DNA of 64,000 nt from positions 38,690,001 to 38,754,000 of the forward strand of contig NC_087436.1 in the NCBI RefSeq assembly GCF_036321535.1, given 5' to 3'. Position 1 is the first letter of the stretch. Every line of letters starts with the position of its first letter. The notes below the pieces were generated by a model that had not been told where the DNA came from, searched no databases, and saw only the letters and a list, made by a program, of their open reading frames with translations. The translations under genes and the position numbers were made by a program. Below, one piece after another: positions 52,850 through 64,000 of the stretch. The DNA is from Camelus dromedarius. Lineage: Eukaryota.

Positions 52850-53123
52850 GCACCCCTGGACCAGATAGAGGGTGGGAGGCTGTGAAGGGTATTCCAGACT
52901 ACAGACCCATCTAGGCCCAGGTAGGAGTGAATGAGCCTTCAGATGCTTCCAACCCCAGCCTCCACATCTTCCAACTGAGACTCCAGGTATAGTGGGTTAG
53001 AGACCCTGCTGTACCCTCTGAATTCCTGATCCCCAGAAACCATGAGAGATAAAAACTTATTATAGTTGCTTTAAGCCACTACATTTTGAGGTAACTTGTA
53101 CACAGCAGCAGATAACTTTGACA
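52850..53123 (+). mobile_element. MaLR LTR 3' part (MLT1F/G/H-like)
   Basis: gccttcagatgcttccaaccccagcc...gaattcctgatccccagaaaccatgagagataa...gctttaagccactacattttgaggtaacttgt...agcagataac. Confidence 0.85.
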
Positions 53124-53309
53124 CTTGTCGTCTCTGGTATCTGTCCTCTGAGGAGCTCCCAACCTCTTTCTCTTCCTCACTCACCATCATCTCTGACTCC
53201 TGTGAGAAGAGGTGGCACCAGCACTCACTGAGCCTAATCACACAGCAGACCAGGGTGACTCATTTGTCCTGTTTTCTAAATCTTTCCTGGCAAGACTTCA
53301 CAGCATAAC

Positions 53310-53560
53310 ACAGTGGTAAAGGGTGCACACCCTCTAGCCAAACTGTGTGGCTTCAAGTACTAGCTCTGCCGCTTACTAGCTGTGAGCCCTTGCTCCAGTA
53401 ATACAGTCTTCACGCCCTAGTGTCTTCATCTGCAAGACGGTGACAATAATGGCACGTGACTGATGGGGTTATTAGGAGAATTAAATGCATTTTTTTTGTA
53501 AAGGTCTTAGAAGAGTGCCTGGAATATAGAAAGTGTGACTAAATGTTTTTTTAAAATAAA
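53310..53560 (+). mobile_element. MIR SINE
   Basis: cagtggtaaagggtgcaca...gctctgccgcttactagctgtg...tcttcatctgcaaga...gtaaaggtcttagaagagtgcctgg. Confidence 0.85.
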
Positions 53561-53834
53561 ATAGTGCAGTGTGCCAGAAAACGACCATTTTCCTTACAAA
53601 CAAAGGTAAAAATGTGTAAGACTCACTGAATCCAGAAAACCTTAAGGATAGTCTTTAAAACCTCGTCTCTTCTAAAGCATTCTGAAGTGTTTCATTAAGG
53701 GTGACGTACTAATTACCTGAGATAAGTATATGAACGTACTGTTTTGCTCATTTGTCTGTGGCTTTGTAAGCACAAGATTTGAACTTATATAGCCTGTAGC
53801 TTTCCCTCTTGCTCTTTAATAAATCTTGAGACAT

Positions 53835-54890
53835 GTATATCAGGTCTGGTATATAAGCCAAGATCCTGACAGGGAACAGATGACATTCTCAAACTGTGTA
53901 GTTCAGGAGAGTTCAAATAAGGGACTGTTTCTGAAAGGTGGACAAGATTTTGAGAAGACAATAACAAAAGATAGTACAGCTCGTGATGGCAGGGAGCCAT
54001 TACCTCCCCTAGGCTGTGAGGCAGAGTAGTTGTATGGAGAGGGCTGTCTCGAAGAGACTTTGGCAGAGGGACACAGCCGACCAGGGCTGACCCAGCTGGG
54101 AAGTTACCAGGTGTTTATTTATTGCTGTGAAACAGTAATCACATATTGTGCTCACAATTTTGTGGGTCACAGATTCTGGCAGGGCACAGCAGAGATGGAT
54201 TATTTTTGCTTCACAATGCCTGGAGCCTCTGCTGGGGTGGTTTGAACAGCTGGAGATGTCTGAGACTGCAGGACAGGGGTCATATATCTGGGGCCTCAGT
54301 ACTGCTGTTGGCCGGGTTCCTTGGTTCTTCTCCATGTTATATCTGCTGGGATCACAGTGTCCTCCAAGATACTGTCTTCACTCATATATCTGCCGTGGAA
54401 GGCTGGAACAGGGGATAGCTAGCATTTCTCTCTCTCCATGGGTCTCCGTGGCTCCCTCCAGCAAGGAAGTCTCAGAGTAGTTGACAGCTCAGAGCTCCAG
54501 GAGTGCTCCAAGAGCCCTAGGTAGTGGACTACAAGGCCTCTTGTGATGACCTAGCTGCCAAAGTCCCAAAATGTCACTTCCACTGCATTCAATTATTCAA
54601 GCAAGTCATTTAGGCCAGTCCTGATTAAAGGGGAGAGGAGAATTAGACTCCACCTTTTGACAGGGAACATAGCAAAGAATTTGCAACCATGTTAAGTTCA
54701 TCGTATCAGGTTAATAAAGATTCTGAGGTCAGTTTTCTCCTGGCCCACCATCTCTTGCTGATGCTCCCTATTAACCAAGACAACCAATAGCCAGAGGGCA
54801 TAGGAGCTTGTTGATATAGTCCTTAGAGGTCAGCCTTCTAGGGCACAGAGTGGGACCTGGAGGAACAAACAGAAGGCATCCAGCATATCA
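53835..54890 (-). mobile_element. Old ERVL-type LTR split by an MLT1 LTR (~54110-54708)
   Basis: MLT1 part: tgctcacaattttgtgggtcacagattctggcagggcacagcagagatgg...tcacttccactgcattc...gaattagactccaccttttga. The flanks end gccagagggcataggagc...gtcagccttctagggcacagag. Confidence 0.7.
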
Positions 54891-55549
54891 TATCCAATGA
54901 CTCTCCTAATCTTTAAACATTTGTTTTATGGCTTTCAAGCACTGTTAGAGTTATGTAGGACTGTGTTCTTCAAAACATAGGAATGACCACGAGGAGAGAA
55001 CCATGTAAGCCCACCATTGTCTAATTTGTATTTCCTATTATTGTACCTTTCATTCTTGCAGTCTTAATCAGTGTTCATATAGAACATACAGAACATTCAT
55101 TCCCAGAACACATCCTCAATTTCTGGTACTTCAGTTTCCCACCTACAGGAAAAAATAAACTTATCTCTACTTGGAATCACCCTATCAGAATATTCCTGCA
55201 AATTCTTACAGGGCCTCTAGCATCGTGTCAGTATGTGTGTGCTAGCATGCTGAGGCTTGAGATGCAGGGCACTTGTATCTCAAGAGCCTAGCAATGTCGT
55301 CACACACTGTTAAAACATTTTATTTTGATAGAGGGCAGGGAATGGTAGAGTACCAGGTGAAGGTCTTAAAAATCATACTAAAAAAAAATCACACTTTATG
55401 TCCTTTTCCTTTTGGCTTATCTTAGGAATCAAATAGTTAATACGTTTTCTAGCAAAGACTGGTAAAGTAACATTCTATATCTTCCAGAATTTTTTGCTGC
55501 CCAATAATTTTAAAACATCTTATAATTTCATTTTAAACTAAGTTTCATC

Positions 55550-56058
55550 AGAGTTTTCCAGATTCCTGAAACCAGAAAGAGATTTTTTTCTCCTTAACTA
55601 TCCGCATACTTCTAGTGACAGGTGATATAAGGCACATTCATCTCACAACAAGACATCTGACACTCTTTGTCCTGGGATTAGGTGATTCTGAAGAGGGGGC
55701 GGTAGGAATATTCTTATATAAGTCATTCCTACACCAGGGCAGCTAGCAAAACTTAACAATAAAAAGAACTGAGTTTGAACCAGATAAAGAGATCCCGCTT
55801 AAACCAAACTAAAAATATCCCTAACTTAACTTCCTCTTAGCTGGATCCCCAAAATGTCTGCAGCCACTCCAGTGGTATTACTGAAGAATTCTGAGGAGGA
55901 AATGTTGGGGTGGAAAGAGGAAGTTATCTTAATCAGTTAGCAGTTAAATAGTTACAACCATGTGGACACATTGCTAGGGACCCACTCAGAGACTCTGGAG
56001 GGGCCCTGTAATGAATGATCCTGGAAGCTTCTGGAGCTTTGGGATAAATTCACCTCTG
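55550..56058 (-). mobile_element. hAT-Tip100 element (MER115/Zaphod-like)
   Basis: Minus strand cagaggtgaatttatccc...gggtccctagcaatgtgtccacatgg...ttttggggatccagctaagaggaagttaagttagggata...gtgtaggaatgactt. Confidence 0.85.
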
Positions 56059-56639
56059 CCCTTTTTGCTATAATTTTTCCTCAAGAGGAGTCATTGTGCT
56101 TCCCTGCCTCTATACCTAGATCAGGGACATCCTGATTCAGCTTGACAGACAGCCTGTCCCCTATCCCCACCGCCCCCAGACACTTCCTAATGCTAAATCA
56201 CAGGTAACAAAGATACATGTTTTAGTTCCTCTCTTTTAGAAGCTTCAATTTCCTTATGAAAATTAATCCAAGTCCATCCCAGGGACCTTTCTTTTCTCAA
56301 GGGAATAGTAGCCTTTTGTTTCAACTGTCATCTCCTCTTTGAACAGGGGAAACCTTCCTATCCCACATACACGTAAAGACAGAACTGTAACCAAGAAGGA
56401 CCCTGTTGTCATCGATGACCATCTGATATCTGTAATGGTGTTTGTAACTGTTGAACTATATAATGGTTTACAAGGTTTTCCTCATGCTCTTGCTGACCAA
56501 GGTTGGGCCAGAGAGGAGGGAGGCTTGGGTGGTCCACCCAACCCCCTCATGGTGCTGCCTGCAGGGATCATACTCAGTGCCCTGCTCTTCTCCCTAGTGC
56601 CTTGCTTCTGACCCCAGTGCCCTCCTCTTGACCCTGACA

Positions 56640-57227
56640 CCTCAGAAACAGCAGTTAGAGGTTTTGTGCATCTTGTTGTTCATAACTTGCCCAACTGCTC
56701 ATGTCTGCAGTTGTTTTTGACCCCTTGTGGTTTCCTTGTATTCTGTTATTTGAGCTGCAGGCCTTGGACTGCAGCAGTATGTCCCAAGCCTACTTAAAAG
56801 GTTGAAAGCATTTATCAACCTGACTTTAAACTGCACAAATTTTTCTCTAGAGCTCTTTTCCACAGAACCTCTTCCTATGCATCCTTTGTTCTAGGTACAA
56901 GAATATTAAGAGAGCCCCCAAATCAGAGGTGAACTTCTTACCCAGCAAAGGGAAGGGGACCACTGCAAAAATAAGAACAACTTTGCAACAATTTGTTACC
57001 TGTATATGATCTCTATGGAAACTAGCTCTTCCCCTTGAGCTCTTGAACTTTTACTGTAAAACCCCCTGCCTTCTCTCCCCAGTAGGCTCACAGTCTTAGA
57101 GGCATTAGCCCACTGTAACCTCCTTTGCTTGGCAAAGAAATAAAGCTGCCTTTTCTACTTCATCCAAAACTCTGTCCTCGAGTCTCAATTCACTAAAGCT
57201 GGGTATAGAGGCTGTGTTTTGGTAACA
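56640..57227 (+). mobile_element. ERV1-class solo LTR (5' boundary uncertain)
   Basis: TATA-like tgtaaaaccccct, ttggcaaagaaataaagctg poly(A) signal, ends ttttggtaaca. Confidence 0.75.
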
Positions 57228-57499
57228 AAACTTCACATGATTCTTAGTAGAACAAAGATACCATTCAGAGAAACTTCCTGCCTTCTCTCTCACAGGTTTG
57301 AGATACTCAATTTCTAATTTCCCCACCTCAGTGGATATCCACAGGTGTTGTCTGCCTCAAGAGGCAACTTACTTTTTTTAGGTGACTACAGCAAATACAT
57401 CTATGTATATTTATTAATTACATACTATAACATATTAGGTTATGATGTGGAACACACATCATTTGCTGTTCTCAAGGGCTTTATAATCTGGTATTTGAT

Positions 57500-58600
57500 A
57501 CTTTACTTGACATTAAGCAGTCTATCTGTGCCAGACAGTATTGTGGGAACTGGGGACCCAGTGGTAAAAAACAAACTCAACCTTATGGAGTTTACAGACA
57601 TCAGGAAAAAATAAACAAATAATAAATATAGAACATAATGTCCAAAGTAAGTAAGTGTATCAAGAAAAATACAGCTGTTTTTGGCAATGGGGTGGTTGTT
57701 TGTCCTATTAACTTACGACGTCTGAGAAGATCCTTCTGAGGTGCTATGTGAACAGAGACCCACATTAAGTGAGAGGCTGAGCTATGCAACTGTTGGGGTT
57801 TTTCCAAGGCAGAGAGGGCAGTTGTGAAAGCCCAAATTTGGAGTTTTTTTTTTTTTTAAGTCTTAGTAACAATAAAAAGTGTTAATGAGTCACAAGAACA
57901 GTAAATAAGACGTCAGAAACATTATTTGTTCATTCATTCATTCAATAAATAATTACTGAGCCCTATTATGTTCCTAGGGATACCAATATGAACACAAGAT
58001 TCTAGAGGGTCACAAATAAGACACAAGGTCTGCCCTCCAGTGGCTCATGTCCTGATTTGGAAATAAATTTCAAATAAATAGATTACAATACAGTGCAATG
58101 GTTGAGCAGGTGCTATGAGATTTCTTAAGAGATATACCTAAATGAGCCTTGGGTAGGAGGTGGAGCCTATAGAGGATCTGGGAATATACGTTTCCTGGAG
58201 TACCTAATTTCTAAATTAAATCCAAAGGAAACAGTAGGAGTTAGCCAGAAGCCAAAGAGAATAAATAAAAGCCACATGCAAAGTACTGGGAAAGTGAGGA
58301 CATGCTACATTTAAAGAAATGTGGCACTGATGCTTTTGCAGTAAGTTGGGTTCATATTGTAAATGGCTCTACATGTCCTACTGAGAAGATTGTCCTCTAT
58401 CTAGAGGACACTGGGGAGGCTCTAAAATGTTATAAGAGGGAAGTGACTCCATCAGGCTTATACTGTGGAAAGTTCACTCTGCCTGCAACATGGAGAATGC
58501 ATGGCTTCAAGTATTGAAGACAAGAAGTGGGATGGAGAAAAGGGAATGGATTTAAGAGTCATGATGTAAGCTCAATCTTCAGAACTCCATGATGGGTTGG
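57500..58600 (-). mobile_element. L2 fragments
   Basis: tatctgtgccagacagtattgtgggaactgggga, ttcattcattcattcaataaata, ctagaggacactggggaggct, agttcactctgcctgcaacatggagaatg. Confidence 0.8.
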
Positions 58601-58764
58601 AAACAGAAAATTACAAAATGAATTAGTTACACTGAAAAATGTGATTTCAGAGAATGGATTTGGAGTCAGTTTTGAATGATGTGCTGGATTTGAATAGATG
58701 GAGAAAGGAGTTTGGTAGAAAGGAAAGGACTAGAAATCCCTTCATATAGTTATTCTCCAGGTAA

Positions 58765-58940
58765 GAACTATTGAGTTCTAACTGTGTGCTGGGCACTCTA
58801 ATTGCTACTATAACATTTATTATATCACTTAACAGTCAGAAGAAGTATATATGGGCCATTGTTATTCCTGTTACAGATGAGGAAACTGAGGCATTGGGCA
58901 GTCACACAGCTGGAAACAGGATAATATAAACTTCCAATCT
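58765..58940 (-). mobile_element. MIR SINE
   Basis: ttacagatgaggaaactgaggca core. Confidence 0.85.
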
Positions 58941-59089
58941 AGACTACAAAAATCAGTCCCATTGCTTTATGATCGTTTCTCATTTTACCTGAAAAAAATT
59001 TGTATTTCCCACCAGACCATAGGTTAAGTAACTTTTGTCTGTTTAAAATATACAAAAACCCAAATTCACTCTCACCATAAAGTAAGCAA

Positions 59090-59290
59090 ACTGAAATATT
59101 GTCACTACTGAAGAAATGCAGAAAGTCTAATGCAGACTCTGAAGGCATTCAAAGAAGAATTTCCCAAAATGTTTTGAGCAATGGCAACACAGTTTATAAA
59201 AACATAGGACCTTCCAGTGTAACTATTGCAAAGAGGAAATCACTTGCATTAATCAATTCTAGACTTTTTAAGACATTATTGAAATGTTTT
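59090..59290 (+). mobile_element. Ancient mariner transposase fossil (MARNA-like)
   Basis: gcagactctgaaggcattcaaagaagaatttcccaaaatgttttgagcaatggcaaca matches the recalled MARNA 3' region. Confidence 0.7.
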
Positions 59291-60429
59291 TTCAGATTCT
59301 CAGACCTAATATGAGAGAAATTTTATAGGACTACACTTATGCTAGAATAGCTTACATGATACTTCTAATGTATGCACTATCTCAGTGATTTCATAGACAG
59401 GGAAGAATGAAAACAGATGAACTAAAGGAAATGAGGCCTGTTCTGTGGGATAGTTCCTTCTTTTTATTGATTTACTGATTGCTTTTCTTGGAAGTGCTGT
59501 TATTTAAAGACAACATTTTCTGTAAGCATAGCTGGAACTTCCAGATTGGAATGGCTGCACGTTATCTCCTTTCAATATGTTGTTAATTTCCCTATAAAAA
59601 TGGAATGGAAAAACTGAGTCACTGTGACTATTTCTATAAAGAATAAACTTCTAGCTTCATTTAGATGTCCATCTAGCTTTTGTTTATTTAAAAATGTAGT
59701 ATTTTCAAGGCATGAATCAAAGTTGAGTGAAAATTTTGCACACCTTATAGTATCCCTAATTTGAGAATCTTGTATGAGTTTTAATTAATTTTATTAAATT
59801 GTAAAATGTTGACTTTTCTTTTCAAAGAATTGATTCAAAGAAGTTTATCCAAAAGCTGCTCCTAAAAGATGAATGTTATCTCCAGTCATGAGGTTCTGTT
59901 TTTCCTCTGGCATGATAATTAAATCACACCTTTCCTTACATATTTGGAAGGAGGCAGGCTTCACAGTAGTGTCTGTGCAGCCATCTGAGATTTTTAAAAT
60001 GAGACTCTGAGCATCAACTAAAACATTTACACCTATAACTTATAGAGGAAAGACAAATGATTCTCTAGGTTGGAATCAATATCAACAAACCTGTTTCTCT
60101 CGATTTTCTTTTAAAAAGACACATTTTTGTTCCTTTAACCTTTAAAGAGTCTATTTTAAATGACCTACTTTTAAACTGGTTTTTAGTTAAGTGTGTCAGT
60201 GTTTCACTCCTTGCTATTTCTTTCTAAACTAATTATTTTATTTTTAGTCATTCTGACTAGCACAGGGTATTTTCTCTAGAGAATGGAATCTTTTCTTTAA
60301 TAGGAAAGTGGATGAAGAGTATAGATTTGTTCTGGATATGGGTGTTTTAAGTTATTTCATGTTTCTGTGAGTGGTTATTATTTATCAATGAAAACAAGAT
60401 CATCCCTCTGTTTAACATGATCTCCATAT

Positions 60430-60760
60430 GCAGGTGAAAGGACAGTGAGGAACCTCAAGAGTTCCTGAGGTTGATCTGCTCTGAGGCAGGACTTCAAAGC
60501 ATTATCAACAGATGGTTGTCCACCTCATTTGTAAAAGTCTCTAGGGAAAAATTCCGCTATTGTTTTTCATCATGAATCCATCTGTATTGCATCCCTCTGT
60601 CAGGCAAGTGTGTCTAGTATCTGTCCAAAATCCCTCCTGTTTTCATGTAAGTCCATTTCCTCCATGTGTGACCTTCCTTGATAAGAAGAACAGCTGCTTG
60701 CCATTCTCTGCATCATGTCTTTCCACATGGATCAGCCTTCGTATATCAAACTGAATTCTT
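60430..60760 (-). mobile_element. CR1/L3 LINE fragment
   Basis: cagatggttgtccacctc...aaatccctcctgttttcatgtaagtccatttcctc...gaacagctgcttgccattctct. Confidence 0.65.
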
Positions 60761-61241
60761 GGCTGCTTCAAGAGACTTGGGTAGAAAAACCCTATGTTTG
60801 ATTTGGGGAGGAAAATACTGTGTACTGTTTGAAATTATTGCACGATGACACAGTTTTATTATTCATAGATTGGCTCTGTCTTTGAAATTGAGAATTATGA
60901 TATGATTTAAATTAACGCAGCTAAAATATTAGCCTGATCCCTACTGTGCAACAACATGAAACACCTACTACAACACTGTCCTCAGAAAATTGCTCTTTCA
61001 CAGAAACCTAGTGCTGCGAAGAGTAAAAGGTGATCTTATTAACCATGATAAGACTTCCAAAGACCACTAAAAGAAATAACCCTTCCTCAAAGATCAATTG
61101 CTGTCCTATTTACATCTAATAAGGAAAAGTACTGCCAAAGTACTCTAAGAAAAAGCCCATGTTTCTTTTTAAATTGACCCAACAAATATCTGCAGAACAC
61201 ATGCTATGTCCCAGTCACTGTGCCTTATTACACAGTGTTAT

Positions 61242-62334
61242 TGTAGATGGATTCCTGAGGGGGCCTCCAGGATCCCTCATCCGCGTATTCACACCCTGGT
61301 ATGATCCCCTCCTCGTGTATGAGAGCAAAAATTTGACTTGCTTCTGTCAACTGAAAAAAATGTACAACCCAAAAGTTGAGAATTATGTTTTATTTGGTGG
61401 CTTTACTGAGGACAATAGCCCAGGATACAGCCTCTCAGATAGCTCTGAGGAACTATTCCTAAGAGATAAAGGAGGTACCAGGGCATATAGGAGTTTTTGC
61501 TGGAAAAAAATAACCCATGTAGTCAAATATCAAAAGATTACTGCTAATCACAAAAAGCAGACATCTCAAGTTAGTGATTTTAGTGGCTTTCTTTGTATGA
61601 GAAGATGTAAGAGTCTGGGCTCATAGAAGTTATTCCTTTGATATGCATCTTAACTATTTAGAGCCAGTATCCTGTTTTTCTCCATCCAGAATTCCCCTCA
61701 GAGAACACCGCTGGAGTGGCTGCAGTGGCTGCAGTGGCTGCAGTGGCTAATGGCTTGATGGTGGGCAACGTTCATTGCCTACTGAACTGGCAGGCAACTT
61801 TTTTTTTTTTTTGGTCTACACTTCCAACAAACAGAATATGGCAAAGGTATGTATGTATATATGTGACTATGTGTATGTGATTGGTTATGTTATTATAATA
61901 TTATACTGCCCATCTTGCTGGAGGCTGTCTCCCTTGCTGGCTTTGAGGAAGCAACTGGCCATTTTGGAGCTCCATGTGGCAAGGCACTGAAAGTGGCTTT
62001 GAAAAGCAGAGAGGGGCCTCCAACCAATAAGCTGTAAAGGCCTTCAGCCAGCACCCAGCAAGAAAAAGAATTTCTCAGTTCTGCAATCATAAGACACTGA
62101 ATTCTGCCAACAGCCTGAATAAGCTTGGAAGGGCATCCTTCTCCACTTGAGTCTCAGATGAGACTGCAACTCTGGTTGATACCTTGATTGCCTTATGAGA
62201 CACCCCTGAGCAGAGGGCCCAGCTCAAGCAGCCTAGACTTCTGATTCTGAAACTGGGAGACAATGAATGTATGTTGCTTTAAGCCACTGATATTGTGGTA
62301 ATATGGTTGCATAGCAATATATAACTAATATACA
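61242..62334 (+). mobile_element. MaLR LTR (MLT1E-like) interrupted by an ERV1 LTR
   Basis: cttgctggctttgaggaagcaactggccat...ctgaattctgccaacagcctgaataagcttggaag...ttgctttaagccact...atagcaatatataactaatataca. Confidence 0.92.
61345..61820 (-). mobile_element. ERV1-class solo LTR with a perfect 4-bp TSD
   Basis: tgtcaact...tctaca ends. TSD cttc at 61341-61344 and 61821-61824. MLT1 resumes in register. Confidence 0.88.
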
Positions 62335-63200
62335 GCTCCTCAGTCTTTGCCTTCCTTAACCTTGAAATCTTTGAAGCATACAGGCTTTGAAGCATACAGG
62401 CCAGTTATTTTGAAGAATGTCCCTCAGTCTGGGTGTTTTTGGTGGAAATCCCTTAATCTAATCCTCATGATTAGATTCATATTTTTGGCAGTTAATGACA
62501 CAAAAGTAATGTCATATCCTTCCCAGTATATTCTATTAAAAGGTATCTACTGTTGGTTTGTCCCAATATAAGTGACACTAAGTTGATCACTTGATTAGAG
62601 ATATCCACAAGGTCTCTTTTTTAAAGATACTATTTTCTCATAGTAACTAATAAGAAACCTGTGAGGAGATACTTTAAGCTATATAAATACTCCACCCATC
62701 ATCAAACTCTCACTAATTAGCTTTAGCAACCATTAATGATTTTCTAATTACATGATTCCTATTATATTTATTAGTTGGTATTCTACTGTAAGGAACATTC
62801 CTTTCTCTTCTATTTATTTGCTTATCTAGTTACTTATTTATTTCAGTATGGAATCAGGGTTTCTTATTTTGGCCAATGGTTTATAATTTGTTAATGTCAG
62901 TATATATTTTGATATTCCAACGGCTCCAGATTTGTCCATTGGAAGCCCCTTTCAGATATGTCCTCTGTTCTTCTGATATGTTGGCATCATTTTTAAGCCC
63001 TTCTTGTTTTCTGACAAGATTTTCCAGGCACATTTTGTACATTACCTGTCACAGAGCTAGAATTTTTCTCCAAAGACTCCTGCTTTCTTTTAAAGTAAAG
63101 AGTGGTATTTAGAAACCAAAATCTTCGTATTAAGTTTACTCATTGCCAAATCAATGTCATTGCTTCTAGTATCTCTCAGTGACAGAGCTGAAATATATAC
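62335..63200 (-). mobile_element. L1MC-like 3' region
   Basis: caggccagttattttgaagaatgtccctcagtctgggt...gttgatcacttgatta...gagtggtatttagaaaccaaaatct...tctctcagtgacagagct. Confidence 0.85.
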
Positions 63201-63202
63201 TG

Positions 63203-63340
63203 AGATAAATTTAACAAAATACATGCAAGACATGCACTAAAAACTATGACATTGCTGGGAGAAATTTTACAAGATCAGAATAAATGGATAAATATACTAT
63301 GTTAATAGATTCTAGGACTCAACATTATTAAGATGTCGGT
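63203..63340 (+). mobile_element. L1 ORF2 fragment
   Basis: ataaatttaacaaaatacatgcaagac...taaatgga...gactcaacattattaagatgtc. Confidence 0.8.
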
Positions 63341-63354
63341 TATGAAGGTGTCTT

Positions 63355-63580
63355 CTGCTTAGCATCTCACAGGGCTGCAGTCAGCTTCTTGGCTGGAATT
63401 GTGGTCTCATCTGAGGCTTGACTGGGGAAATACCTGCCTCTGTGCTCACTCCAGTTGTAGGCAAAATTCCATTCCAGACTGAGGAATTCATTTTCTTGCT
63501 GGATGGAACTCCTTGTAAGCTGTCAGCTGGAGGCTGCCACAGCTCTTAGTAACTGCCTGCATTTCCTTGTCATGTGCGAT
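63355..63580 (-). mobile_element. MLT1 (D-like) LTR fragment
   Basis: tctcacagggctgcagtca...gtctcatctgaggcttgactggggaa...tgtcagctggaggctgccacagctc. Confidence 0.8.
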
Positions 63581-64000
63581 TTCCTCACCTGATGCATGCA
63601 CACGCGCACGCACACACACACACTTAATTTTTAACCTCCAATTCCATTTCAACACCACAATGTACCTTCTAGCCTTCCCTTTCGACAATGAGAAACCTAG
63701 ATTCTATTATATGTGCAAAGACATTTACTCAATTTTCTCAAGCCTGGGATATACAGGTTTGCTGCAAAGGAATAGAAGATACTATGTGGTATTTTTTTTA
63801 AAAAAGAACAAGACAAAGTATTGGAGATATCTTGGCTTTTATAGTTTGTGTTCTTTTTTAGAAAAGAAATTTGATCATCCATGGTTTTGTTTGTTTTTCT
63901 AGTTATATGATCAAAACCTTTAGCAGTAGAGGTAGGTAAAAATCATGCAGAACCTTGTAAGCCATGTTAGAGAGTTTGGGTTTTATTCTAGTACAATGGA

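Noticed and set aside
61159..61626. 155-aa ORF
   Set aside because: Crosses two unrelated LTRs and shows no protein-family motif.
62369..62400. 16-bp tandem duplication ctttgaagcatacagg x2 (similar 10-bp and 14-bp doublets near 12823 and 13643)
   Set aside because: Ordinary slippage duplications with no spacers, so not CRISPR-like.

Overview
AT-rich, CpG-depleted mammalian non-coding DNA (intergenic or deep intronic). A Vic-1-type tRNA-derived SINE points to a camelid (camel/alpaca/llama). I can support no intact protein-coding gene, rRNA, tRNA or CRISPR array. The recognisable ORFs are decayed LINE-1 ORF1/ORF2 pieces or microsatellite read-through. Much of the window is interspersed repeat: L1 of several ages, L2, MIR, CR1/L3, MaLR/ERVL/ERV1 solo LTRs, hAT and Tc1/mariner fossils. 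The most unusual item is a ~775-bp Mutator-like (MULE) DNA-transposon derivative at 23994-24768. It has imperfect TIRs, an apparent 9-bp TSD and a recognisable transposase remnant, and it sits inside an L1MA-age element. Other points of interest are a 3'UTR-only ODC1 retrocopy, an L2-derived inverted repeat with shared derived changes, a candidate 75-nt minus-strand exon opening with a strand-specific hairpin, a CpG-retaining TGACAG cluster and a candidate L1 3' transduction. Repeat subfamily names come from recalled consensus sequences, not a search, and boundaries without TSDs are approximate. I found no evidence for a novel multi-gene system.
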